From assembly GCA_964351985.1 (NCBI GenBank), contig CAYGPR010000004.1:67988-131987 (forward strand): a stretch of 64,000 bases of DNA, given 5' to 3'. The notes beneath the pieces were generated by a model that saw only the letters and a list, made by a program, of their open reading frames with translations, made no database searches and was not told the origin of the DNA. Source of the DNA: an uncultured Maribacter sp. (GTDB taxonomy: Bacteria; Bacteroidota; Bacteroidia; Flavobacteriales; Flavobacteriaceae). Made by a program: the position numbers and the translations under genes. Shown here in pieces: positions 1 to 9,330 of this stretch (position 1 is the stretch's first letter; the number at the start of each line of letters is the position of its first letter).

Positions 1-2365
1 CGTATATAAGTTGCCTGTCAGTGAATGGGAAACTGCCTATGCAGGTCGAGGGGCACCGTATACAAGATTGGATAACGGTGAAGTGGTGAACCCTACTTTT
101 ACCAACGATAGAATTGCGAACACGGCATTAAATGCGGATCCATGGTTATACCCCGATACAGATTGGATGGAGGAGGTCACTACAAAGGGTGCTCCAATTG
201 CAAGACAGGGTCTACAGATTTCGGGTGGTACTGAAGATGTTCGGTATTATGCCTCTCTCGGCTACCTTCGTCAAGATGTCAATTTCAGAAACGCCCCGAA
301 AGGGTACACCCAGTACGACCTGCGAGTGAACCTTGATGCCTACATCAGCGAAAGCCTTAAGTTGCAAGTAGGTCTTTATTCTAGGCAAGAAGAGAACTAC
401 TCGGCCACAAATAGTCCAGGTAATGTTTTTAATGATCTGGTGCGTCAATATCCCTGGTTTCCGGCCTATTGGCCTACTGGCGAATACGGCCCTGATATTG
501 AAAACGGGAACAACCCTGCCATACGGGTGACCGATGAGCCTGGTTTTAACGATGTTCAAAATAACTATGTGCAGAGCAATATCGGCCTGACCTATACCGT
601 GCCCCAAGTTGAAGGGCTTGAATTTCAAGGCTATGTTTCTTACGACAAGACCCATGCGGATACAAGGCTTTGGCAGCGACCTTGGACACTTTTTACTTGG
701 GACGGCGTAAATAGGAATTCTTCGGGTCTTGTCCCGGCCCAGCGTGGCCCGTCTGACCCCAGCTTACGACAAACGAATCGGACCAATACCGATTTTACGG
801 CCACTTTGACAGGTTCGTACGAACTAGATTTGGGCGACAATGTTTTTAGGTTATTGGGTGGTATTACCCGAGAAGAGAATGAGCAGCAATTTTTCGGGGC
901 CTTTAAACGGTTCTTTCTTTCAAACGAACTGGCACAGTTGGATCTTGGTGGTCAAGAAGGGCAGTCCAACGAAGGTAACGGGTTTGAGGCGGCACGTTTA
1001 AACTATTTTGGTAGATTCAACTATGCTTTTAAAAATAAATATTTATTGGAATTCTTGTTCCGATATGATGGATCATATTTGTTTCCAGAAGAAAATCGAT
1101 TTGGCTTTTTCCCCGGTGTCTCTGCAGGGTATGTGTTGTCGGAGGAACCTTTCTTTCAAAAAGCCTTGCCGTTTTTCAATTATTTTAAGTTAAGGGGTTC
1201 CTGGGGGCAATTGGGCAACGACCAAGTGGGCCAATTTCAGTACCTTAACGCCTATGGCCTATCACAAACAGGTTTGGAAACTGTTGTAACTACTGCTTTT
1301 GAACAAAACGTGGCCAATCCTAATATTACTTGGGAAACGGCAACGAACACCAACATTGGCGTTGACATTCGTGTTTTTGACAATAGATTGGGTATTAGTT
1401 TTGATTATTTTAAGAATACCCGTGATGATATCTTGACCACGCCTCAGTTGACACTGCCGGATTATAGTGGAATTAACCCCCCTGCCGTGAACATCGGTCA
1501 ATTCGAGAATAAAGGCTTTGAATTTACATTAACTTTTGCCGGCGGAGAAGAAGAGGGCTTTAACTATACCACCAACTTTAACTTTAGCGATACTAACAAT
1601 ACCTTGGTCTTTTTCGACGAACCCCTCTTGGAAGACCGCCCATGGCAACGTCAAACTGGTGGTGAACTGGGTCGACCTTTGCGTTATAGGTTTGCGGGGG
1701 TATTCCGAAATCAGGCCGAGATTGATGCAGAGCCCTTGGACTATAGTGCGGTGACACCAGAATTAAGACCCGGCGATGCCAAAGTTTTGGATATTAGTGG
1801 AGATGGCACCATTGGTCCAGAAGACAGAACTAGGGTAGGTGGTAGTCCTTTTGCGGATACCCAATTAGGATGGAATGTTTCGTTAAATTATAAGAAGATA
1901 GATTTTAACATGTATTGGATTGCCGCTTTTGGAGCATATAATACTTATGAATGGGCCTTTATGTCAGGTACCTTAGCGAACATACAACGAGAGGTGCGAG
2001 ATCGTTCTTGGTCTTTGGAAAACCCCAATGCCCCATTTCCAAGATTGGCGGATCGTGGAGATCAGTGGTTTTCCAATCAGACCGATGCCCATTTGGTCAA
2101 ACGCGATTTCGGAAGGTTGAAATCATTGGAACTGGGTTATAGTTTCGACCAAGATTTAATTAGTGCCATCGGAGCCGAAAGTTTACGGATATCTGTAATC
2201 GGGACAAACCTGATTACCATTACTGATTTTCCGTTCGACCCCGAAGTTTCGCAGAATGGTATTAATATAGGCGCAACAAGGAATGCTACGGGCGCGGCCG
2301 TCAATAATGGAGGTGCCTACCCGCTTCTAAAAACAATAACTATGGGATTGCAAATAACTTTTTAA
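1..2365 (+). CDS. SusC/RagA-type TonB-dependent outer-membrane receptor, C-terminal ~785 aa (5' end lies upstream of the window)
   Basis: The frame is open from the window edge. The sequence is beta-barrel-like and ends in a terminal aromatic (...TMGLQITF). A SusD-like lipoprotein gene follows 10 nt later, which is the canonical SusC/SusD pairing. Confidence 0.85.
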   Translation, partial: VYKLPVSEWETAYAGRGAPYTRLDNGEVVNPTFTNDRIANTALNADPWLYPDTDWMEEVTTKGAPIARQGLQISGGTEDVRYYASLGYLRQDVNFRNAPKGYTQYDLRVNLDAYISESLKLQVGLYSRQEENYSATNSPGNVFNDLVRQYPWFPAYWPTGEYGPDIENGNNPAIRVTDEPGFNDVQNNYVQSNIGLTYTVPQVEGLEFQGYVSYDKTHADTRLWQRPWTLFTWDGVNRNSSGLVPAQRGPSDPSLRQTNRTNTDFTATLTGSYELDLGDNVFRLLGGITREENEQQFFGAFKRFFLSNELAQLDLGGQEGQSNEGNGFEAARLNYFGRFNYAFKNKYLLEFLFRYDGSYLFPEENRFGFFPGVSAGYVLSEEPFFQKALPFFNYFKLRGSWGQLGNDQVGQFQYLNAYGLSQTGLETVVTTAFEQNVANPNITWETATNTNIGVDIRVFDNRLGISFDYFKNTRDDILTTPQLTLPDYSGINPPAVNIGQFENKGFEFTLTFAGGEEEGFNYTTNFNFSDTNNTLVFFDEPLLEDRPWQRQTGGELGRPLRYRFAGVFRNQAEIDAEPLDYSAVTPELRPGDAKVLDISGDGTIGPEDRTRVGGSPFADTQLGWNVSLNYKKIDFNMYWIAAFGAYNTYEWAFMSGTLANIQREVRDRSWSLENPNAPFPRLADRGDQWFSNQTDAHLVKRDFGRLKSLELGYSFDQDLISAIGAESLRISVIGTNLITITDFPFDPEVSQNGINIGATRNATGAAVNNGGAYPLLKTITMGLQITF

Positions 2366-2375
2366 ATAAATTGAA

Positions 2376-4250
2376 ATGAAAAAGAACCTTTTTAAAATTG
2401 GAACCTTAGCGGTGTTCGCACTGCTTATGGTAAGTTGTAACGATGACTTTTTGGAGACGACTCCATTGAGTCAAGCGTCAGAACCACAAGTATGGTCGGA
2501 TAAAAAATTGGCTGAAGCGGCTGTTTTAGATCTGTACCAAGGAACATGGGCAGGAACCCTCACGCGTGAGGAAACTACCGATGCCTTTACAGACCAAGCC
2601 GTTTTTACCCACCCTGGACGTGGGGTCGACGGATATACCGAAGGAAAAATGAATCCGGCGGGTAGTTTTATGGATATGCAATGGATGAGTTGGTCGAACC
2701 TCTATCCCTTTATTCGTGGCGCTAATATTGCTATATCGAAGTTGCAGGAAAATGAAGCCGAATTGGACGAAGCTTCAAGAAATCGACTGCTTGGTGAGGC
2801 CTACTTTATGAGGGCCTATTACTACACGCAATTGATGCGTCAATTTGGGGGCGTTGTTTTGTTGACCGAGCCACTAGAGCTTGATAGCGAAGCGAACAAC
2901 CCTAGGGGAACGTTTGAAGAAACAGTAAATCTGATCGTATCCGATATAGATCAAGCCATTGTACTTTTGGAAGATGCTCCGGCCAGCAAGGCACGTGTGC
3001 ATAAGATTACTGCTTTGGCCTTAAAATCAAGAGTACTCACCCATGCGGCAAGTGACTTATACGAACCTTCGAAGGCGTCTAGTGTGGCTACAATAGCATC
3101 TTATAGCCACCCGGAATTAATCGGATATACCGGTGGCTCGCAAACTACGAGATGGGAAGCTGCCAAGGCCGCTTCAAAAGCATTATTGGATGCTACAACA
3201 GGTTATAAACTGGATTATGCCGCTCCTGCCTCACAGGAAGAGGCTATTCAAAATTACGAGGATATATGGCTTCAAGGAGATCAAAATCAAGATTTCATAT
3301 GGGGTCGATTAGTAGAAGAATTTGGTTTTGGTTCTAGAACATACCCTGGTGGTGATGGTTGGTCACAAGGGCCAGGTATGGTTGCGTTGTATCACGGGCC
3401 CAATGGATATCACGAATGGGCAGGTACAACGCCGACAGAGGCATTGGTTTCGAAATATACACTGGCGGATGGTACCGAATTTGACTGGGACAACCCTGCT
3501 CATGCCGCGGCACCATACGACAATAGAGAAGCACGCTTTTATTCTACCATCTTATACGATGGTGCGCCATGGAAACCGCGAACCGATGATGTGGTCAAAT
3601 TTGACAAATACAACGAACTACAAACTGGATTTTACACTTTTTCCGATGGAACGATTGTGAATGGTGTGGATACTCGACAAGGCCCTATTGAGGATTGGAA
3701 CGGGTCAAGAACCGGGTATTATTTCAAGAAATTTGCGGATCCGAGGTTGCCTGCGCAGTGGCCTAACAACCTTCAGAAAGTCGATGCGCCTTATATACGC
3801 TATACAGAGATTTTATTGAACTATGTTGAGGCTTCGATCAATTCGGGTGACGAGGGCGAAGCAAAGGTGTGGTTGAATAAATTGAGGTTTAGAAATGGGC
3901 TACCTGCCGTAACGGAATCAGGTAGTGCATTACTGGAACTCTATAAGCGCGAACGTGATAAGGAACTAGTGAACGAAGATGCGCGTCTTTTTGATATGAA
4001 GCGATGGTTGGAAGGGCCGGAATCACTTAACAAACAAGTGCAAACAGTACTTGTTCAAGGCACCCAAAAACCGGGTACTTCGGTAACGCCTGAAGATTAT
4101 CGAAAAGATACATCATTGTGGGATTATGAGTACACGCCTACGAACATTGTATTCGAGAATAGAAGATGGCTAGACCATGTTTATTTTATGCCCATATGGC
4201 AAGAAGAAATCGATAAGGATCCTTCGCTTATACAAAACCCAGGATACTAA
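2376..4250 (+). CDS. SusD/RagB-family nutrient-binding outer-membrane lipoprotein
   Basis: Lipoprotein signal MKKNLFKIGTLAVFALLMVSC. SusD-like helical core (EAYFMRAYYYTQLMRQFGGV). Sits directly downstream of the SusC-like gene. Confidence 0.85.
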   Translation: MKKNLFKIGTLAVFALLMVSCNDDFLETTPLSQASEPQVWSDKKLAEAAVLDLYQGTWAGTLTREETTDAFTDQAVFTHPGRGVDGYTEGKMNPAGSFMDMQWMSWSNLYPFIRGANIAISKLQENEAELDEASRNRLLGEAYFMRAYYYTQLMRQFGGVVLLTEPLELDSEANNPRGTFEETVNLIVSDIDQAIVLLEDAPASKARVHKITALALKSRVLTHAASDLYEPSKASSVATIASYSHPELIGYTGGSQTTRWEAAKAASKALLDATTGYKLDYAAPASQEEAIQNYEDIWLQGDQNQDFIWGRLVEEFGFGSRTYPGGDGWSQGPGMVALYHGPNGYHEWAGTTPTEALVSKYTLADGTEFDWDNPAHAAAPYDNREARFYSTILYDGAPWKPRTDDVVKFDKYNELQTGFYTFSDGTIVNGVDTRQGPIEDWNGSRTGYYFKKFADPRLPAQWPNNLQKVDAPYIRYTEILLNYVEASINSGDEGEAKVWLNKLRFRNGLPAVTESGSALLELYKRERDKELVNEDARLFDMKRWLEGPESLNKQVQTVLVQGTQKPGTSVTPEDYRKDTSLWDYEYTPTNIVFENRRWLDHVYFMPIWQEEIDKDPSLIQNPGY

Positions 4251-4280
4251 TAGTTTACTTAGGTTTTAACACTTTATTTG

Positions 4281-4312
4281 AATAACCCTTAGCGCGAATG
4301 TGCGGGGTTATT
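4281..4312 (+). terminator. Possible stem-loop terminator after the SusD-like gene
   Basis: AATAACCC (4281-4288) pairs with GGGTTATT (4305-4312) across a 16-nt loop, followed by CTTATTTT. The loop is long, so the call is weak. Confidence 0.3.
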
Positions 4313-4350
4313 CTTATTTTAGGCATGTTTTGATTTTGAATTCATTTGCT

Positions 4351-7300
4351 ATGAATAAGTATATGTTTTTTCTTTTTTTGATAGTGCTGTTCTTCTCATG
4401 TAAAAAAGAGCCCACGACCCTCTTTTCTAAATTGGATGCACCTGATACGGGTATCTCCTTTAAAAATGACCTGACCGAAACCCATACCTACAATTATTTT
4501 ACCTACCCGTATATGTATTTGGGCGGTGGAGTATCGACCGGAGATATCAATAACGACGGTCTGGAGGATATTTTTTTTACCGGAAATATGGTTCCTAATA
4601 AATTATATTTGAACAAAGGTGATTTTAAGTTTGAAGACATTTCTGCAAGTGCTGGAATAGAAGGTGATGAACGTTGGTACGCGGGTACTACTTTTGTCGA
4701 TATCAACCAAGATGGGTACTTGGATATTTATTGCTCTGTGAGCGGCAAAAACCCTCCGCACAATAATGTACTCTACATCAACAATCAAGACAATACCTTT
4801 TCTGAAAAGGCGGCCGAATATGGCATTGACTGTAACGGGTACAACATGCAATCTACCTTTTTCGACTATGACAAAGATGGGGATCTTGATTTATATGTTA
4901 CCAACTATCCACCCACAAGTTTTGTGGCACCCGTCGCATATTACAGTTATATGCTCGAAAATCATGCCCCTGAAGATTCAGATAAATTGTATCGAAACGA
5001 CAATGGCAAATTCACCGACGTAACGGAAGAAGCGGGTCTGCGTTCTTTCGGCCTGAGTTTGGGGGTGGTTGCTTCCGATGTTAACAACGACGGATATGCC
5101 GATATTTTTGTTTCCAATGATTTTAATGCCCCCGATTTCCTGTTTATAAATAACCAAGACGGAACCTTTACCAATCAAATCGATACCAGCCTACAGCAGA
5201 CATCGTTCTTCGGCATGGGTGCCGACATCGCCGATTTTAACAATGACGGCTATATGGATATTTTTCAGCTTGATATGTCGGCCGAAGACAATTTTCGTTC
5301 AAAGGCTAACATGTCGGCCATGGATCCGGCGGCTTTTTACGAATCCGTAGATTCTGGATTGCATCATCAATATATGCAAAATTCGTTGCAGTTGAACAAT
5401 GGTAATGAGGCGGATAAGTTGCCCGTATTTAGTAATGTAGCCCGTTTGGCAGGTGTTTCTTCCACCGATTGGAGCTGGGGCGGACTATTGGCCGATTTTG
5501 ATAACGATGGGTGGAAAGACCTTTTCGTGACCAACGGCATCCGTAGAGATGTCAACAATAAGGATTTTTACGGTAAGTACCGTGATTTTTTCAACAAGAT
5601 GGAGAACGACCCCAACTATAAGGACAAAGAAGAGGAAGTGGAGCTCTTGAAATATCTCGAGGAATTACCTTCCGAGAAATTGAGCAACTATATGTTCAAG
5701 AACAATGGAGACCTGACCTTTTCCAAAAAAACCAAGGATTGGGGTTTTGAGGAAAAAACGTTCTCCAATGGAGTGGCCTATTCCGACTTGGATAATGATG
5801 GTGATTTGGATCTGGTCATCAATAATTTGGAGGATATTGCAAGTGTCTATATAAACAACACCACGAATAAAAACCAGTTGACCCTTGATTTGAAAGGCAA
5901 AGACAAAGTGCTTCCGAACGGAAGTAAGGCTGTCATCTATTCCCCTTCTGGAACTCAGGTACAAGAGTACAATACCGTAAGAGGGTATTTATCCTCCGTA
6001 TCCCCCCTGCTTCATTTTGGTCTGGGAGATGAAAAGCAAGCGGACAGTATATTGGTCACCTGGCCTAATGGAAGGGTTACTAAGATGACTGATGTTAAGG
6101 GTGACCAGAGGTTGACCATAGCCTATGACGAAAGCAAGACAACCGACAAAAGTGGTTCGAAATCGAACGATTCTGATAAACGATTTCAAACAGTTGTATT
6201 GGATACTACCGGGCTATTTAAGCATCAAGAGAATCCGTTTAACGATTTTGAGGTAGAAGTGTTATTGCCTCATAAAAACTCGACATTGGGCCCGTCTTTG
6301 GCCGTAGGTGACCTGAATGGAGACGGTATCGATGATTACATTGTAGGAGCCGCCATTGGGCAGCCTGCATTGGCCTATGTCCAGAATGAGGCGGGTGATT
6401 TTGAGCAACTGCACATACCGGATTTGGATGAGGACAAATACTATGAAGACCTAGGCATTCTTATTTTCGATGCAGATAACGATGGCGACAATGATTTTTA
6501 TATCGCTTCAGGGGGCAACGAGTTCAAGCCGGGGTCTTTGGGATATGAAGATCGACTCTATGAAAATATGGGATCCAATACATTTCGAAGAAATAAAGGA
6601 GCTATTCCTGACACAAAGACTAGTGGTCAGAATGTATCAGTGGCCGATTACGACCACGACGGAGATTTAGACCTGTTTGTGGGCGGAAGATTGATCCCGA
6701 AAAAATACCCCTATCCTGCGGATTCTTATATTCTAGAGAATATCAGTACCGCTACAGGCCCCAAGTTTCAGGATGCTACGGCAAATGTGCTTCCCGAACT
6801 GAAATCATTGGGTCTGGTGACTTCTTCGGTTTGGACCGATTTCGATAAAGATGGCTGGGAAGACCTTGTCGTAGTAGGCGAGTGGATGCCCATAAAATTC
6901 TTCAAGAACAAAGGCGGCACCTCCTTTGAGGATGTCTCTGAAAAAATATTACCAGGTAAGACTTCGGGTTGGTGGTTCGATATCCAAAAAGGGGATTTTG
7001 ACAACGACGGCGACGAAGATTTGGTAGTAGGTAATCTAGGAAAGAACTATAAATATCAAGCCAGTGAAGAATCTCCTTTTAAAGTGTATCTGAACGATTT
7101 TGACAGTAATAAAACTTCCGATATCGTTTTGAGCTATAAGATGGGCGAGACTGAATTCCCAGTACGTGGGCGGCAATGTTCTTCACAACAAATGCCCGCC
7201 ATTAAAGCAAAATTTCAGGATTATAATTCTTTCGCAAGTGCGAATCTAAAACAAATATATACGACCGAAATGTTGGAAAACGCATTAAGCTATGAGGTCA

Positions 7301-7668
7301 CTTCGTTCGCAAGTGTATATCTCGAGAACAATAACGGTGCCTTTACGGCAAGGCCCTTGCCCCAAATGGCCCAGGTTTCGAGCATTAACCAATTTGTAGT
7401 CGAAGATTTCAATAACGATGGTAATCTAGATATCGTCTTGGCCGGTAATCTATATAATGCCGAAGTGGAAACCCCAAGAAACGATGCCAGTTTCGGCCTC
7501 TATTTGGAAGGAAATGGTTCAGGTGCTTTCGATGTAAAGACCATGATGGAATCGGGTCTCAAAATTGTGGGTGACGTAAGGGGTATGGAGCTGATTTCAA
7601 AGAATGACCAAAAGCATCTTTTGGTGGCCAAAAATGATGACTGGATGCAGCTTATTAAGGTAAATTAG
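4351..7668 (+). CDS. VCBS/FG-GAP repeat lipoprotein with central ASPIC/UnbV-like domain (CRTAC1-like, two 7-bladed propeller sets)
   Basis: The ATG at 4351 gives lipoprotein signal MNKYMFFLFLIVLFFSC; the ORF-track GTG at 4300 is probably an artefact. About 14 Ca-binding-type blades (DINNDGLEDIFF, DYDKDGDLDLYV, DFDNDGWKDLFV, DLDNDGDLDLVI ... DFNNDGNLDIVL). The central segment GSKAVIYSPSG...GYLSSVSPLLHFGLG...VTWPNG is typical of the ASPIC/UnbV domain. Confidence 0.8.
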   Translation: MNKYMFFLFLIVLFFSCKKEPTTLFSKLDAPDTGISFKNDLTETHTYNYFTYPYMYLGGGVSTGDINNDGLEDIFFTGNMVPNKLYLNKGDFKFEDISASAGIEGDERWYAGTTFVDINQDGYLDIYCSVSGKNPPHNNVLYINNQDNTFSEKAAEYGIDCNGYNMQSTFFDYDKDGDLDLYVTNYPPTSFVAPVAYYSYMLENHAPEDSDKLYRNDNGKFTDVTEEAGLRSFGLSLGVVASDVNNDGYADIFVSNDFNAPDFLFINNQDGTFTNQIDTSLQQTSFFGMGADIADFNNDGYMDIFQLDMSAEDNFRSKANMSAMDPAAFYESVDSGLHHQYMQNSLQLNNGNEADKLPVFSNVARLAGVSSTDWSWGGLLADFDNDGWKDLFVTNGIRRDVNNKDFYGKYRDFFNKMENDPNYKDKEEEVELLKYLEELPSEKLSNYMFKNNGDLTFSKKTKDWGFEEKTFSNGVAYSDLDNDGDLDLVINNLEDIASVYINNTTNKNQLTLDLKGKDKVLPNGSKAVIYSPSGTQVQEYNTVRGYLSSVSPLLHFGLGDEKQADSILVTWPNGRVTKMTDVKGDQRLTIAYDESKTTDKSGSKSNDSDKRFQTVVLDTTGLFKHQENPFNDFEVEVLLPHKNSTLGPSLAVGDLNGDGIDDYIVGAAIGQPALAYVQNEAGDFEQLHIPDLDEDKYYEDLGILIFDADNDGDNDFYIASGGNEFKPGSLGYEDRLYENMGSNTFRRNKGAIPDTKTSGQNVSVADYDHDGDLDLFVGGRLIPKKYPYPADSYILENISTATGPKFQDATANVLPELKSLGLVTSSVWTDFDKDGWEDLVVVGEWMPIKFFKNKGGTSFEDVSEKILPGKTSGWWFDIQKGDFDNDGDEDLVVGNLGKNYKYQASEESPFKVYLNDFDSNKTSDIVLSYKMGETEFPVRGRQCSSQQMPAIKAKFQDYNSFASANLKQIYTTEMLENALSYEVTSFASVYLENNNGAFTARPLPQMAQVSSINQFVVEDFNNDGNLDIVLAGNLYNAEVETPRNDASFGLYLEGNGSGAFDVKTMMESGLKIVGDVRGMELISKNDQKHLLVAKNDDWMQLIKVN

Positions 7669-7711
7669 TAATGATATAGACAAACAGGGTGTCTTTGGAG
7701 TCAGGTTGCTA

Positions 7712-8917
7712 TTATTCTTGATAAACCCCGATCAAATGTGTTCGTATATAAAAAGAGGTTTCCAAACTGTCTTTTTTTAACTGTGCCGTCATAGTTTTCG
7801 AAGGGGTTATTGGCATATGACAGGCGATACAATTGTTCCCCACGGCTTGCACTTTTGAATTTTCTTCTGAACAGGTCGCAATACTAGTCGAATGGCATCC
7901 GATACATTTTTTATTAAAATAAGAGGCGTTATCACGTTGATTTTTATGCGGGTCGTGGCATGTCGTACAGTCCATGCTCGCCGATTGCTTGAAACATTCG
8001 CTTTGGGTCAAAAGTCCGTACTGATTGCCATGCACATCTAGCGCGGTGTTGGTTTCTTCACCTATATTTCGTGAGTATTCGTTAAGGTTCTCGCCGGGAA
8101 GAAACGAAAAAGATTTTCCTTTTATAATCTCGCTACGCAGTCCTGAATGGCATTGGGCACAAACATCAAGTCGCTGTTGCCGTGAAAGGGTGTCGAACTG
8201 TAATACGAAGTTGGGGGTTTCTACCTTATTGTTCTTTTGATAGCTCACATGCTTCGCTAAAGGGCCATGACATTTTTCACAATCTACACCGTAAACGATT
8301 CGCTCCCTAGTGTATTGGTTTCCCTGCCCTGATACGTCTTTGTTTTCGGCGAATGTCACGTGGCATTTTAAGCAGGCATCGCGTATGGGGCGCTCCAAAT
8401 AGTACGATGGATACCCGGGGCTGTTGATCCAACTATCGCTGGGCGTATGGTATGAAGGTTGTAACTGAAAAAGGTTATCATCCTTCCAACTTAGATAAGT
8501 TTGGCCACGAACGCCTGAACCGATGACAATATCGAACTTAGCAGGGGGTATTTGAACATTTCTATTCTTTATGGTGGTATACTGGTATAAACCCCCACTT
8601 TCTTGACCCATCTCAAAAATCACATCATTCAGGTCCAATGTATTGAATCCCTTTTCAAAACTACCTTTAATTGTTTCTGAGTCGGCAAGTGCCGATGTGT
8701 TGTAATGTGCCGTTTCGATATGGGTTTTATAGATGTCCGCGTGACACTCGATGCAAACGGTTGAACCCACAAACTGTTCTCCGTTATAATGTGTGGCCAA
8801 TATGGGCGGGCTATAATAATCGGCTTCCATATCGAAGTATTTGAAATATAAGATAAGGGCCGCCACCAGTAGAACTATAGAAAACACGATGCTATTTACC
8901 AATAACTTTTTTTTCAT
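7712..8917 (-). CDS. Membrane-anchored multiheme (7 x CXXCH) c-type cytochrome
   Basis: N-terminal TM helix (NSIVFSIVLLVAALILYF). Seven heme-binding motifs: CIECH, CLKCH, CEKCH, CAQCH, CTTCH, CIGCH, CIACH. Confidence 0.85.
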   Translation of the reverse strand: MKKKLLVNSIVFSIVLLVAALILYFKYFDMEADYYSPPILATHYNGEQFVGSTVCIECHADIYKTHIETAHYNTSALADSETIKGSFEKGFNTLDLNDVIFEMGQESGGLYQYTTIKNRNVQIPPAKFDIVIGSGVRGQTYLSWKDDNLFQLQPSYHTPSDSWINSPGYPSYYLERPIRDACLKCHVTFAENKDVSGQGNQYTRERIVYGVDCEKCHGPLAKHVSYQKNNKVETPNFVLQFDTLSRQQRLDVCAQCHSGLRSEIIKGKSFSFLPGENLNEYSRNIGEETNTALDVHGNQYGLLTQSECFKQSASMDCTTCHDPHKNQRDNASYFNKKCIGCHSTSIATCSEENSKVQAVGNNCIACHMPITPSKTMTAQLKKDSLETSFYIRTHLIGVYQE

Positions 8918-9134
8918 TGTGATATTACAAAGTCTTTTTGTTCAAAGATGGGTCTTATTTAATAGTATGCTATACTAATAGCTTCGCAATCATGATTGCC
9001 TATCAAAAGTAAAGAATATTGGTCAACGGTTTGGAGAATACAGATATAACCTCTTTAGAGTCGGCTTTTAAAGTTTAAAGATTCACTTTAGTATTAGCTA
9101 CTTGCGTAGTATATTTATGATTTTGCTTTTACAT

Positions 9135-9154
9135 TTTACTCGATAATCGAGATT
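9135..9154. repeat. Repeat unit B (TTTACTCGATAATCGAGATT), copy 1
   Basis: Identical 20-mer at 56511-56530. Contains the palindrome CTCGAT-A-ATCGAG. Confidence 0.8.
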
Positions 9155-9171
9155 TATATGCTCCGACAGTG

Positions 9172-9190
9172 GCCTGCCTGTCCGGCAGGC
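9172..9190. repeat. GC-rich hairpin GCCTGCC-tgtcc-GGCAGGC inside the mosaic repeat region
   Basis: Perfect 7-bp stem. Followed by GGGCATGGAAATCT, which resembles the GCATGAATCTG end of the element at 50349-50376. Confidence 0.6.
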
Positions 9191-9210
9191 GGGCATGGAA
9201 ATCTAAATTT

Positions 9211-9253
9211 AAGTTTCCTTTCAATGCCTGGGGTTTGCCACGAGGTAGTTTAC
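9211..9253. repeat. Repeat unit C (AAGTTTCCTTTCAATGCCTGGGGTTTGCCACGAGGTAGTTTAC), copy 1
   Basis: Aligns by eye with 50435-50482 and partly with 56581-56607. Shared core: CTTGCC(C)C(R)AGGTAGTTTA. Confidence 0.7.
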
Positions 9254-9330
9254 TAGTACAGTTTCTTTATTTAGTATCTTAGGAAGAGCACATTGAGATT
9301 ACGATGTTCGAAATCATCAAGAATTAATAT

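Noticed and set aside
9120-9135. The 16-mer ATTTTGCTTTTACATT is shared with the 3' end of the DUF1801 gene (50505-50520), which might suggest a gene remnant
   Set aside because: About one identical 16-mer pair is expected by chance in a window of this size. The flanking sequence does not extend the similarity, and no degraded reading frame is visible. I treat it as chance, or at most part of the repeat mosaic.
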